Below are positions 42,272-52,593 of a stretch of 64,000 nucleotides of DNA, piece after piece. Origin of the DNA: Terriglobia bacterium. Its GTDB lineage: Bacteria > Acidobacteriota > Terriglobia > 20CM-2-55-15. Made by a program: the position numbers and the translations under genes. The stretch's first letter is position 1. The number at the start of each line of letters is the position of its first letter. Where the stretch lies: NCBI GenBank assembly GCA_963664115.2, contig CAXWPJ010000011.1, positions 64,001 through 128,000 of the forward strand, given 5' to 3'. Below the pieces are notes generated by a model, which was given only the letters and a program-made list of their open reading frames with translations, searched no databases and was not told the origin of the DNA.

Positions 42272-43189
42272 CTACTTGGAGTCGATGACGAGTTCGGGAT
42301 CGGAGATGATCACCCGGGTGTGGGGTGGGACCGAGCGTGTCAGCCAGACGTTGCCGCCGATTACCGAACCTTGACCGATGACGGTGTCCCCGCCCAGGAT
42401 CGTGGCGCCGGCGTAAATCACAACATCATTTTCGATCGTCGGGTGTCGTTTTTTCCCCCGAACGATCTGTCCCTCTGTGTCTTTCGCAAAGCTCAAGGCA
42501 CCGATCGTCACGCCTTGGTATAGCTTCACCCCATCGCCGATCACAGTCGTTTCACCGATGACGACACCCGTTCCATGGTCGATAAAGAATCCCTTCCCCA
42601 CGGTAGCGCCCGGATGGATATCGATGCCGGTCCGCGAATGTGCGTACTCGGTCATGATGCGGGGCAGCAGAGGGACTCCAATCCGGCTCAGTTCATGGGA
42701 AACGCGGTAGACGCTTATCGCATAGATAGCCGGGTAAGCGAAGATGACCTCATCGGTGCTTTTGGCCGCGGGGTCGCCATCGTAAGCCGCCTGAACGTCT
42801 TCGGAGAGCTGTCTGCGCAAGTCCGGAATCCTCCCGAGTAGGTCCAGTGACTGATCCTCGGCAATGGAATAGCAGTGTGTGCAGAGATCCTCGGAGAGTT
42901 CACATGCCGGCCGGACACTACGGTAAATTTCTTCGCTTAGCCGGGTGTAAATCGAATCGAGCAGGTCCCCGATGTGGTAGTCGATATTCGACTCTTCGAG
43001 ATGTTTTTCACCATGGTATCCGGGATAAATGACTTCGAAAATGTCGTCCAGAATCTGGATGACAGAGCTTTTGTCTGGTAGCGGGACGACGTTCAGGTGC
43101 TGGAGCTTGGGTTCCAGTCTGCCGTAGGTATCCAGAACTGCCTGCGCGATATTACGAACCTCGCCGCGCTTTTTAAGATGTTCCCTCAT
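42272..43189 (-). CDS. cysE: serine O-acetyltransferase (CysE/EpsC type)
   Basis: DVQAAYDGDPAA, HSRTGIDIHPGA, FFIDHGTGVVIGET, KRHPTI. Confidence 0.9.
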   Translation of the reverse strand: MREHLKKRGEVRNIAQAVLDTYGRLEPKLQHLNVVPLPDKSSVIQILDDIFEVIYPGYHGEKHLEESNIDYHIGDLLDSIYTRLSEEIYRSVRPACELSEDLCTHCYSIAEDQSLDLLGRIPDLRRQLSEDVQAAYDGDPAAKSTDEVIFAYPAIYAISVYRVSHELSRIGVPLLPRIMTEYAHSRTGIDIHPGATVGKGFFIDHGTGVVIGETTVIGDGVKLYQGVTIGALSFAKDTEGQIVRGKKRHPTIENDVVIYAGATILGGDTVIGQGSVIGGNVWLTRSVPPHTRVIISDPELVIDSK

Positions 43190-43228
43190 GTGAGTAGAGC
43201 GCTCTCTCTGCGCTCGCATCGGATTCTT

Positions 43229-44419
43229 TCAGGACTTCCAATTTTCCAGCGTATGTTTGATGTCGGCCATGAAGCCGTCCGCGACGGCGCCGTCAATGAT
43301 TCGATGGTCGAACGACAACGCAAGGTAAACCATGGATCGCACCGCGATCGCTTCGTCAACAACCACGGGCCGGCTTTCGATACCGCCCATTGCAAGTATA
43401 GCAACCTGAGGTTGGTGGATGATGGGGATTCCAAACAGACCGCCGAAGTTGCCTGGATTCGTAATTGTAAAAGTTCCTCCCTGAACTTCATCTGGTAGAA
43501 GTTTCTTGGTTCGCGCACGCTCACCCAGGTCGGAAGTCGCTCTTGCAATGTCGAGCAGCTTCATTTCGTCGGTCTTGGGTATCACCGGAACGATCAATCC
43601 GCCTTCCAGGGCGACAGCGATCCCGACGTTTATCGCTTTTTTATGTATGACGTCGTCACCGTCGACGGACGAATTGATTATCGGAAACTTACGGATCGCC
43701 TTGGCAACGGCCTGGATGAAGAATGGAGTAATCGTCAGATCGACGTCCGATCGTTGAAACTCGGGTTTCAGCACCGCCCTGGCGTTCAAGATGGCGGAGC
43801 AGTCTACTTCGAAAACAGTGGCGACGTGAGCTGAGGTGCGTCTGCTTGCAGTCATGTGTTCCGCTATGGATTTCCGCATCGCAGTCATCGGCACGCGCTC
43901 ACCGGCGCTTTCGTTTGCCGGTGCTTTTGCTTCCTCACGCTGTTCGATAAAGCTCTGGATGTCCCGCTTCGTAATGCGTCCGCCTTCGCCTGTACCCTTG
44001 CCTTCCATCTCGGAGAGATCAATGCCGTGATCCCGAGCCATCCTGCGGACCATCGGGGACGATGGGACACTCGTACCACCCGGTGGTTTCGAGGCGGAGG
44101 AGACGGGCGTGTCCGCATCGGATTTTCCGCTGTCCCCGGTCGTCGGTGAGGCTTTCCGGTCAGAGACCGCGTCACTTCCGGTACCGGTGATCAGCGCGAC
44201 CACTGTGTTGATTTCGACCGTCTCGCCTTCCGCGATGAGGATTTCTTTCAGTGTGCCCGAAGCCGGTGAAGGAATTTCCGAGTCTATTTTGTCTGTTGAG
44301 ATCTCGAAAAGAGGTTCGTCACGCGCGATCGTATCGCCCGGTTGTTTGAGCCACTTGGTGACGGTGCCTTCGAAAATGCTTTCGCCCATCTGGGGCATGA
44401 TTACCTTAGTTTCAGACAT
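43229..44419 (-). CDS. 2-oxoacid dehydrogenase E2 dihydrolipoamide acyltransferase
   Basis: Lipoyl domain EISTDKIDSEIPSP, E3-binding G.G.GGRITKRD, catalytic DHRIIDG. Confidence 0.93.
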   Translation of the reverse strand: MSETKVIMPQMGESIFEGTVTKWLKQPGDTIARDEPLFEISTDKIDSEIPSPASGTLKEILIAEGETVEINTVVALITGTGSDAVSDRKASPTTGDSGKSDADTPVSSASKPPGGTSVPSSPMVRRMARDHGIDLSEMEGKGTGEGGRITKRDIQSFIEQREEAKAPANESAGERVPMTAMRKSIAEHMTASRRTSAHVATVFEVDCSAILNARAVLKPEFQRSDVDLTITPFFIQAVAKAIRKFPIINSSVDGDDVIHKKAINVGIAVALEGGLIVPVIPKTDEMKLLDIARATSDLGERARTKKLLPDEVQGGTFTITNPGNFGGLFGIPIIHQPQVAILAMGGIESRPVVVDEAIAVRSMVYLALSFDHRIIDGAVADGFMADIKHTLENWKS

Positions 44420-44482
44420 GAAATCCAGGTCCTCGGTCCTTGGGAACGACGCCAGTGGGTTCCATTTGGGTGGACCAGGTCA

Positions 44483-45457
44483 CTAGTAAGCGTTCAGTTC
44501 CCGCGCGACCCGAACTACATCGGATACTTTGGGCAGGAAGAACTCTTCCAGAGGCGGGCTGTAGGGAACCGGTGTGTCGGGGGCCGTAATCCGACGGATC
44601 GGCCCATCCAGATGATCGAACGCTTCTTCAGAGATCGTGGCCGCAAGTTCACCCGCAAAACCTCCAGTTCGCGTGTCTTCGTGGAGGAGAATGACTTTGT
44701 TCGTCCTTTTGACGGACTCGAGCACGGTTTCTTTGTCGTAGGGCAGCAGGGAACGCAGATCCACGACCTCGACATCGATGCCTTCCTTTTCCAATTCCTT
44801 AGCGGCATCCAGGGCCACAAATACCATTGCACCGTAAGTAATCACGGAAACATCGGATCCACTCCGACGTATCGCGGCCTTTCCGATCGGCACCGTATAG
44901 TCTTCGTCGGGCAGCTCGGCTTTGATCCGTCGATACAGGAATTTGTGTTCGAAGAAAATTACGGGATCGGGATCCCGTATCGCGGCTTTCATCAAGCCTT
45001 TGGCGTCGTATGCGGTGGCTGGACAGACGACTTTCAATCCCGGGGTGTGTACGAAGTACATTTCCGGATTTTGGGAATGGAACGGTCCGCCGTGAACCCC
45101 GCCTCCGCTGGGCCCACGCACCACGATCGGCACACCGGCGCTCCAGCGATAACGGCACTTGGCCGCGAAATTCGTGATCTGGTCGAAGGCGCACGAAATA
45201 AAGTCGGCGAACTGCATTTCCGCGATCGGGCGCATCCCCATCATCGCCGCTCCAATGGCCGCGCCGACAATGGCCGACTCGGATATCGGCGTGTCGATGA
45301 CCCTGTCTTCACCGAACTCGTCCATCAGCCCGGCGGTTACCTTGAAAGCCCCGCCGTAAACACCCACGTCCTCACCGAGAACGAAGACACTCTCATCCCG
45401 CGCCATCTCTTCCCAGATGCCCTGCCTGATTGCCTCGAGGTAAGTTGTTGTTGCCAC
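44483..45457 (-). CDS. 2-oxoacid (branched-chain or pyruvate) dehydrogenase E1 beta
   Basis: GEDVG.YGG.F, DTPISE, EMQFADF, FHSQ.PE, FFEHK. Confidence 0.93.
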   Translation of the reverse strand: MATTTYLEAIRQGIWEEMARDESVFVLGEDVGVYGGAFKVTAGLMDEFGEDRVIDTPISESAIVGAAIGAAMMGMRPIAEMQFADFISCAFDQITNFAAKCRYRWSAGVPIVVRGPSGGGVHGGPFHSQNPEMYFVHTPGLKVVCPATAYDAKGLMKAAIRDPDPVIFFEHKFLYRRIKAELPDEDYTVPIGKAAIRRSGSDVSVITYGAMVFVALDAAKELEKEGIDVEVVDLRSLLPYDKETVLESVKRTNKVILLHEDTRTGGFAGELAATISEEAFDHLDGPIRRITAPDTPVPYSPPLEEFFLPKVSDVVRVARELNAY

Positions 45458-45463
45458 CGGTCG

Positions 45464-46480
45464 CTAGTCCTCGGAATACACGTTTGTCAGGCAGTCTGCC
45501 GGGTTTGGGTACGGATCTTTCTCGGCCAGAGCGACTGCTTCGTCGATTTCACCGATGACCTTTTCGGTGAGCTTCTGAATCTCGGATTCGTCGAGCACGG
45601 CCTGTTCGATCAGGGAGGTCTCGAACCGCTGGATCGGATCTCGTTTTTCCCAATCCTCGAAAAGCTCTTTTGGAACGTAGCTGGCGTTGTCATGCGCCGA
45701 ATGTCCGGTCATGCGGAAGCTCTTGCATTCAACCAGACTCGGTCCTTCGCCGTTTCTGGCCCGCTCGATCGCCGCCGAAACGGATGTTCGCACCGCAACG
45801 ACGTCGTTGCCGTCTACGATCTCCCCGGGCATGCCATAAGCGCTGGCCCGGTCAGCCACGTGTTCCACGGCCATCTGACGGTCCAGCGGTGTTGAGTAGG
45901 CGTATTGGTTGTTGTTACAGACGAATACAACCGGGCATTTCATGACCGTCGCCATGTTGACCCCTTCGTGCCAGTCTCCGCGGCTGGTCGCGCCGTCGCC
46001 GAAGAAACACACAACGACGCGTTTCATTTTCCGGAGCTTGAAGGACATTCCGATTCCGGTGGCCACAGGCACGCTGTCGCCGAGCATGCTCACGAAAGCA
46101 ATGATGTTGTGCTCGAGCGAACCCATGTGCATGTTGCCGTCCTTGCCCTGGGTCGGTCCTGTTTTCCGGCCCATGTACTGGGCCAGAATTTCGCGCGCTG
46201 TCATTCCACGCATCAAGAAGGCAGCCATGTCCCTGTGAGATACGCTGACGACGTCATCGTGGCCCAGATCGATACAGGAGCCAACTGTAATGGCTTCCTG
46301 GCCGCGGCCCACATATACGCCGCCCACGATCTTTCCCTGACGATAGAGTTTCTTCTCGATTCTGTCCTCGAGTTCGCGCGTCAGCTTCATGTAGTAGAGC
46401 ATGTCGGTGAGCGTGTGGGCGCCCGTGGGGTGGGAAGGCGTAGACTCTCCGACGGCCGATTGAGATTTGGAGGTTTTCAC
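45464..46480 (-). CDS. 2-oxoacid dehydrogenase E1 alpha
   Basis: GQEA, TPP-binding GDGATS...NN, R..GHS.HD, DPI. Confidence 0.93.
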   Translation of the reverse strand: MKTSKSQSAVGESTPSHPTGAHTLTDMLYYMKLTRELEDRIEKKLYRQGKIVGGVYVGRGQEAITVGSCIDLGHDDVVSVSHRDMAAFLMRGMTAREILAQYMGRKTGPTQGKDGNMHMGSLEHNIIAFVSMLGDSVPVATGIGMSFKLRKMKRVVVCFFGDGATSRGDWHEGVNMATVMKCPVVFVCNNNQYAYSTPLDRQMAVEHVADRASAYGMPGEIVDGNDVVAVRTSVSAAIERARNGEGPSLVECKSFRMTGHSAHDNASYVPKELFEDWEKRDPIQRFETSLIEQAVLDESEIQKLTEKVIGEIDEAVALAEKDPYPNPADCLTNVYSED

Positions 46481-46653
46481 GGTTATATCCGCTCTCTCGA
46501 TTTGGCTTTTGGGTCGGTGACTGAGGGCCCAACATATCCCATAAGAGGCATGCTTTTCAAGCGTGGGCAGGTCCCTTAAAAGGTTGACAAATCAATTTTT
46601 CCAGCGGGCTGTGCTGGCAGGCAATAGTCGTGATAACAATCCCTTTGGCGACG

Positions 46654-47112
46654 TCATTTCCTCCTCGCCTGCCCACCGTAGCGCTCAAGCAATTCCAGAT
46701 TGAAAGGCGCGTGCCCCGGATTCGGTTCAAAGCCCCGGTAGATCGTATGGCAGGCATAGCAAACCGCTACTTCACCGACCAAAAAATAAATTATGGCGTC
46801 CACCACAGCGGTGCCTATCAAAGCCAGCATCGCGTAAAAGGCGTTTGATCGGGCAAAAAGGACTATGCTCGCCCCTACGCCAATCACAACGATTGCAATG
46901 CCGAGCGCTCGGTTGAAATCCTTTTGGATGTAAAGGCTATCGTGTCCACAGAGGGCGCAGCTGTCGACCATTCTGCCTGTTCTGAGCGATTCGCTCGGTC
47001 GCAGCATACAGTCCTGATCACATTCAGGGCATTTCAAATTGGCCGCTTCCTGGGGGGGCGTTTCCAGTTCCCATTCACACTTAGAGCATTTGAAATGTAT
47101 AATTTGACCCAT
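46654..47112 (-). CDS. Zn-ribbon membrane protein (4 CxxC, 2 TM)
   Basis: CSKC, CPEC, CALC, two hydrophobic helices, CYAC; AAGGA RBS before ATG 47112. Confidence 0.7.
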   Translation of the reverse strand: MGQIIHFKCSKCEWELETPPQEAANLKCPECDQDCMLRPSESLRTGRMVDSCALCGHDSLYIQKDFNRALGIAIVVIGVGASIVLFARSNAFYAMLALIGTAVVDAIIYFLVGEVAVCYACHTIYRGFEPNPGHAPFNLELLERYGGQARRK

Positions 47113-47971
47113 GCGATTCCTTCTCAGCGCAGCGATTATAGCGCTCCTTTCGGACTCCGTGGGGTCTGCCCAGTCGCTGGCCGATGTCGCCCGAGCCGAA
47201 CGGGCCCGGCGGGCGGGTTCATCGATTGAGGGCGTCATCTACACGACGGAGCAGGTCCAGTCCCGATATCCACCCGCGGTAGCGGCTTCTCAAGCCGTCG
47301 AACCTGAATTACTCGGTTCCCTGGAGGATCTGCGGGACAGTCTCCTGCAGTTCGGGGCGGACGCGGCTGAGCCGACCGCAGGACTCCTGGATGCTGGGAC
47401 GGGTTTATCCGGCGGTATGGTCGAAATGCTGGAGGCCTTTGAAGCCGGTTCACTCGAGGAAATCCAACGTCTGGAGACCGAGCTTGCCAATCCCTCAACT
47501 TCTGCAGAGGAGAGATCGGCACTCGAGTCCGAACTCCTGGATGCACAAGAGGTCCTGTCTGAAGTGCGCACGGAGTTGGTTCCAGCCAGGCTGCAACTGG
47601 GGGAACTGGAGGCGGGGCGGCAACAGCTTGACGCCACGCGGAGCGAGATTGAAGCCGCCGGATTTTTCCCTTCAACTGAAGACGGAACCGTAGCTGCTGA
47701 CGGCGAAGAGGCCTTGCTGGCATGGCAGGTCGCCGTTGCCGGGCAACGGGAACTAGTCCAGAACCTCGCCGACAACGCAGTGCGGCAATTGCTGGAAATT
47801 ACACGTTTGCGGGGACTTGTGACCGCACCCACCGGGTCGCAGCAGGAACGCAATGTGGCTCAAGTAGAACTTGGAATCGCGGATAGTCAACTGACGGACA
47901 TTCGAACGGCATTGGACGAAGCCCGGATTGAGCTGGAACGTTTGGAGGCCGAGAGCCCGAGCCAACCCTAG
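47111..47971 (+). CDS. secreted coiled-coil hypothetical protein
   Basis: Signal peptide then QSLADVARAERARR; E/L/A/R-rich heptads. Confidence 0.7.
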   Translation: MRFLLSAAIIALLSDSVGSAQSLADVARAERARRAGSSIEGVIYTTEQVQSRYPPAVAASQAVEPELLGSLEDLRDSLLQFGADAAEPTAGLLDAGTGLSGGMVEMLEAFEAGSLEEIQRLETELANPSTSAEERSALESELLDAQEVLSEVRTELVPARLQLGELEAGRQQLDATRSEIEAAGFFPSTEDGTVAADGEEALLAWQVAVAGQRELVQNLADNAVRQLLEITRLRGLVTAPTGSQQERNVAQVELGIADSQLTDIRTALDEARIELERLEAESPSQP

Positions 47972-47990
47972 CCTACCTTAGCCCTCGAGG

Positions 47991-49601
47991 ATGCCCCCAA
48001 CAAATCCACAGACCCATTCGAGATCCAACGGACCTCTGCGCGATTCCGGTGATCAAAGCACCGAAGACGTTATTAGAAACGGGCCCATCGGAGAACTCCC
48101 CAAGGCGGGAAGTGCCCCTTTGATCGAAATGCGGGGAATCTGCAAATCGTTTCCGGGTGTGCGTGCGCTCGACGATGTTTCCCTTGCCGTCGACGCCGGC
48201 GAAGTTCATATGCTGCTCGGGCAGAACGGAGCCGGTAAATCGACGCTGATCAAGGTGCTGTGTGGGGCGCATTCTCCCGACGCGGGCGAGATCCTGATCG
48301 ATGGCCGGCCCGTGCGTATCCACTCCACGGCCGACGCACGCCGATTGGGCATTGCGGTCATCTTCCAGGAGTTTTCTATTGTTCCCTGCCTCAACATCGC
48401 TCAGAACATTTTTCTTGGTCGTGAGTTCAGAGGACGGTTGCCGGGTCTCCTGGACCAGCGCCGGATGCATGCCGAGGCCCGGCTTCTGCTCGACAGCTTG
48501 AGTATGAAACTCGACACGCGGACGCGTGCGGACACCCTGGGTGTGGCTGAGCAGCAGATGGTTGAGATAGCCAAAGCACTCTCCCAGAACGCACGCATCC
48601 TGGTGATGGACGAACCTACGGCCGCGATCTCGGATCACGAGATCGAACGCTTGTTCGAACGCATCCGGGGGCTCAAGCAGGACGGCATTGCGATCATTTA
48701 CATTTCGCACCGCTTGAAAGAAGTGTTTGCGATCGGAGACAAGATCACCGTACTCCGGGACGGCCGCAACGTTCGTTCGCTTGAACCTCGGAACACGAGC
48801 ATGGACGAGTTGGTGCAATTGATGGTTGGCCGCGGGGTCGAGGCTACGAGTGCTCAAACCGTCGCACGCGAACCCGGAGAGACCGTGCTCGATGTGCGGA
48901 ACCTGAAGGCTGCGAATGGCGTTGACGGAGCGAACCTCAAGGTGCGGGCCGGGGAGATCGTTGGACTTGCTGGCCTGGTCGGAGCCGGGAGAAGCGAACT
49001 GGCGCGCGCCATATTCGGGGCCGACCGCGTTCTCAGTGGGGAAGTGCGGCTGAAGGGCTCCCGGTTAAAAGGCAATCCTGCCGATGCTGTGCGCCGTGGC
49101 ATCGGACTCGTTCCTGAAAATCGCAAGGAAGAAGGCCTGGCCCTGATTCGTTCCGTTCAAGACAACCTGTTGGTTGCAGGTCTGGGCCCTCTGTTCCCCG
49201 ATCGCTGGTACCGGTTCAGAAAGGCAGCTCAGGTGGTTGCTGGTCTCATCGATCAGCTTAGAGTCGTGACACCATCGCCGGGAAGGCTCGTGAAGTTTCT
49301 CAGCGGTGGTAATCAGCAGAAAGTGGTTATCGGCAAGTGGCTGAACGCCAGCACACGGCTCTATATTTTTGACGAACCCGCTCGTGGTATCGATGTCGGA
49401 GCCAAGGCGGAAATCTTCGGGCTGATAGAAACACTGGTTGCCAAAGGGGCCGCTGTGCTGATGATCAGCTCTGAGCTGCCTGAAATTGTTTCTCTTTGCG
49501 ATCGGGCATACGTGATGCGCGACAAGAGGATCGTTGGAGAACTGCGTCATAGCGATTTGACGGAAGAAAATATTCTCAAACTGGCCATGCACCATGGGTG
49601 A
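47991..49601 (+). CDS. sugar ABC transporter ATP-binding protein (RbsA/MglA type)
   Basis: GQNGAGKSTL, MDEPT, ISHRL, GLVGAGRSE, LSGGNQQKV; true start may be later. Confidence 0.95.
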   Translation: MPPTNPQTHSRSNGPLRDSGDQSTEDVIRNGPIGELPKAGSAPLIEMRGICKSFPGVRALDDVSLAVDAGEVHMLLGQNGAGKSTLIKVLCGAHSPDAGEILIDGRPVRIHSTADARRLGIAVIFQEFSIVPCLNIAQNIFLGREFRGRLPGLLDQRRMHAEARLLLDSLSMKLDTRTRADTLGVAEQQMVEIAKALSQNARILVMDEPTAAISDHEIERLFERIRGLKQDGIAIIYISHRLKEVFAIGDKITVLRDGRNVRSLEPRNTSMDELVQLMVGRGVEATSAQTVAREPGETVLDVRNLKAANGVDGANLKVRAGEIVGLAGLVGAGRSELARAIFGADRVLSGEVRLKGSRLKGNPADAVRRGIGLVPENRKEEGLALIRSVQDNLLVAGLGPLFPDRWYRFRKAAQVVAGLIDQLRVVTPSPGRLVKFLSGGNQQKVVIGKWLNASTRLYIFDEPARGIDVGAKAEIFGLIETLVAKGAAVLMISSELPEIVSLCDRAYVMRDKRIVGELRHSDLTEENILKLAMHHG

Positions 49602-50556
49602 GACCTCCCCCATTGCGGCCGATGCCGGCCAGAGACGGCGCAGGGCGAGGGTCCCGGGTGTTGCTTATCTACTGGCACTGATGCTGGTGGTGTTTTCTGT
49701 CTTCGGGACGCGTTTCGCCTCCGTTCCGAACCTGCTCAACATCGGAACGCAATCTTCGATTCTGCTGTTGCTGGCATTGCCCATGACGCTGATCATCATG
49801 GCCGAAGGCCTGGACCTGTCGATGGGTGCGGTGCTTGGATTGAGTGGCATTGTTCTGGCGATGGCGCTGGTGGAAGGGTATTCGATCACTGTTGCCCTGC
49901 TGGGGGCTTTGCTTGTGGGTCTCGTCTTTGGAGTCGCGAACGGTTTGCTGGTCACCGTTCTCGAGATGCCGCCTTTTGTCGTCACTCTGGGAACCCTGGG
50001 TGTGGCCCAGGGGGCCGCGCTGGTTGTGACTGACGGGCAGAGCGTTGTGGGTATCGGACTGGGGCTCTCTACTCTCTATTCCAGCACCTGGGGAGGCCTC
50101 CCCTTTTCGGTGCTCGTGGCCGCGTCGGCCTACTTCGTATTTCACTATCTCTTGTACCACACACGTTTCGGTACCTACGTGTTTGCCATTGGTGGCAATC
50201 GTGAGGCCTTGATTCTTGCCGGCGTGCCGGCACGGCTGTATCAGGTATCGATATACGCCCTTGGAGGGATGATGGCCGGGTTCGGAGCGCTGCTCCTGAC
50301 CGGCCGTATGAATTCGGGTCACCCGACAGCGGCCATTGGCATGGAGTTCGACGCGATTGCCGCCGTCATCGTCGGGGGCACCCGCTTCGAACGTGGCGAC
50401 GGCTGGTTGGGGGGCACAGTGCTTGGCGTCCTGGCCGTCGGTGTACTTAAGAACGGACTGAACGTGCTAGCCGTTCCGTCTTCACTTCAGGTTGCCAGCA
50501 TCGGAGGCCTGGTCATCGTTGCGTTGCTGATCGATTCGATCCGGGGGCGCGCATGA
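49594..50556 (+). CDS. sugar ABC transporter permease
   Basis: GLDLSMG, PFVVTLG, IGGNREA, EFDAIAAVIVGGT. Confidence 0.93.
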   Translation: MGETSPIAADAGQRRRRARVPGVAYLLALMLVVFSVFGTRFASVPNLLNIGTQSSILLLLALPMTLIIMAEGLDLSMGAVLGLSGIVLAMALVEGYSITVALLGALLVGLVFGVANGLLVTVLEMPPFVVTLGTLGVAQGAALVVTDGQSVVGIGLGLSTLYSSTWGGLPFSVLVAASAYFVFHYLLYHTRFGTYVFAIGGNREALILAGVPARLYQVSIYALGGMMAGFGALLLTGRMNSGHPTAAIGMEFDAIAAVIVGGTRFERGDGWLGGTVLGVLAVGVLKNGLNVLAVPSSLQVASIGGLVIVALLIDSIRGRA

Positions 50557-51533
50557 CCCGCCCCGGCGCGGCAGAGGTTGTCCACAACGGACTGCCCGTG
50601 AATGTCACCGCCGTCGGATACCGCTTGATCGGCGTGCTGTGCCTCGGGATAGCGCTCGCGCTGTCCACGGATGCTTTCCTGACTGTTCCAAATTTGCTCA
50701 ATGTGTTGCGGCAGGCGAGCTTGATCTTCCTGATCGGATCGGGCCTTACGCTGGTCATCGTGACGGCAGGTCTCGATCTGTCCGTTGGGGCGACCGTCGG
50801 ACTGAGTGCATGTCTGGCAGCGGCGGCGATTCAGGCCACGGGCACGATCACGCTGGGTATTGCGGCCGGTTTGGGGTGTGGTCTGCTGATAGGCGTTCTG
50901 AACGGGTTCATGGTTGCCTTGTTGCGGCTCCCACCCTTCATAGCGACTTACGGCATGCTTTGGATGGTATACGGGATCAACTACTGGTATATGGCGGGCA
51001 GCACTATTTACGGTTTTCCTCCGGGATTCCGGAATCTGGGAAGTGGTTACCTGCTCGGCATCCCGATTCCGGTCTATCTGACGGTTCTGTGTATCCTTGT
51101 TGGCGGAATGTTCACACGCTACACTACCTACGGCCACGACGTGTACGCGCTCGGAGCGAACCGGGAGGCGGCGCGTCTGTCAGGTATTCCCATACGCTCC
51201 CGCCTCATGCTCGTATATACCTTGAGTGGCGCGATGGCAGGCCTCTCGGGAGTGGTCTATCTGGCACGGCTGAATTCAGCCGAAGCCGGCATCGGCGAAC
51301 CCCTCCTGTTGCCCGCGATCGCGGCCGTGTTGATCGGTGGTACGTCCCTGTTTGGTGGAGTGGGCAGTCTCTCGGGCACTTTTATTGGTGCGCTGATATT
51401 GACACTGGCACTGAACGGAATGAACCTGCTGACGATCAACGCCGACTGGCAACCCTTGATCACCGGTGCGATCGTCTTGCTGGCAGCCTGGATCGATGCT
51501 TCAACCCGGAGGCGCGCGCAAGAGCGCGCATGA
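50553..51533 (+). CDS. sugar ABC transporter permease
   Basis: GLDLSVG, PPFIAT, GANREAARLSG, AIAAVLIGGTSL.GG.G. Confidence 0.93.
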   Translation: MTRPGAAEVVHNGLPVNVTAVGYRLIGVLCLGIALALSTDAFLTVPNLLNVLRQASLIFLIGSGLTLVIVTAGLDLSVGATVGLSACLAAAAIQATGTITLGIAAGLGCGLLIGVLNGFMVALLRLPPFIATYGMLWMVYGINYWYMAGSTIYGFPPGFRNLGSGYLLGIPIPVYLTVLCILVGGMFTRYTTYGHDVYALGANREAARLSGIPIRSRLMLVYTLSGAMAGLSGVVYLARLNSAEAGIGEPLLLPAIAAVLIGGTSLFGGVGSLSGTFIGALILTLALNGMNLLTINADWQPLITGAIVLLAAWIDASTRRRAQERA

Positions 51534-51579
51534 GATGGGGGGACATCTGGTGAAGACTCAATATGAACAGGAGGAATCC

Positions 51580-52593
51580 ATGAAAGAGGTATTCGCAAAG
51601 CTAATGGTTGGGGTCCTCCTTGTCGGAATACTGACGGCGTGCGCTTCGAACGGACTCGATGAAGGCGCGGGTGGTGAGGCCGGCGACGCGCGGGAAACCA
51701 TAGCGGTGTTCACCAAGAACCAGACCAACCCGTTTTTTGAAACCGTGCGCACTGGGGCTGAAAACGCGGCAGCGCAAATGAATGCTGATGTCGTCCATTA
51801 CGTACCCACGCGACCCGACAGCATACCGGAACAGATGAGCCAGATCGAGGACATCATCATCAGCAGACCGGATGCGATTGTTTTCACCCCCGTGGATTCC
51901 CAGGCGATGGTTCCGGGCATCCTGATGTTAAACGTCGCCGACATCCCAATCGTAAACATTACCGACCCCGTAGCGGGCGGCGATGTCGTCAGTTTCATGG
52001 GTTGTGACGAATTCACTCTTGCGCTCAACACGGCACGCTACCTTTTTGAGCGACTGAACGGGAGCGGGAACGTGATCATCCTGGAAGGCGTAGGCGGTTC
52101 CGTAAACAGCGCCAATCGTGTTGGGGGATACATGACTGCGCTCGAAGACTTCCCGAATATCACCTTGTTGGCTTCGCAACCGGGAAATTTCCAGCGATTG
52201 CAGGCGCTCCAGGTGATGGAAAACCTGATTCAGACCTATCCCCGGATCGATGGCGTGCTAGCCGCCAACGATTCGATGGCTCTAGGTGCGATCGAGGCTC
52301 TGGATGGGGCCAACCGCACCGCCCTTGTCGTCGGCCTCAATGGAACGAAGGAAGCGGTGGATGCCATCAAAGCGGGAACCCTGCTGGCAACCGGAGATTG
52401 CGATGGTTTCAAGCATGGATGTATGGGTACGATGGCCGCCGTACGGCACCTGCGCAACCTGCCAGTGCCCGCGGAGTTCAACTTCGCGGTTACCGTAATC
52501 GACGATACAAACTACGGAAGTCTCGACTTGCCCGTGGAGCAGCGTGTCTGCCCGGCATGGGAGAGTGTTGAAGGAATAGTGGATGGTGAATAA
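51580..52593 (+). CDS. sugar ABC substrate-binding lipoprotein (RbsB-like)
   Basis: Lipobox LTAC, NPFF, R..G, AANDSMALGA. Confidence 0.9.
   Translation: MKEVFAKLMVGVLLVGILTACASNGLDEGAGGEAGDARETIAVFTKNQTNPFFETVRTGAENAAAQMNADVVHYVPTRPDSIPEQMSQIEDIIISRPDAIVFTPVDSQAMVPGILMLNVADIPIVNITDPVAGGDVVSFMGCDEFTLALNTARYLFERLNGSGNVIILEGVGGSVNSANRVGGYMTALEDFPNITLLASQPGNFQRLQALQVMENLIQTYPRIDGVLAANDSMALGAIEALDGANRTALVVGLNGTKEAVDAIKAGTLLATGDCDGFKHGCMGTMAAVRHLRNLPVPAEFNFAVTVIDDTNYGSLDLPVEQRVCPAWESVEGIVDGE

Noticed and set aside
44342-45895. 517-aa plus-strand ORF
   Set aside because: Antisense shadow of the E1 alpha/beta genes
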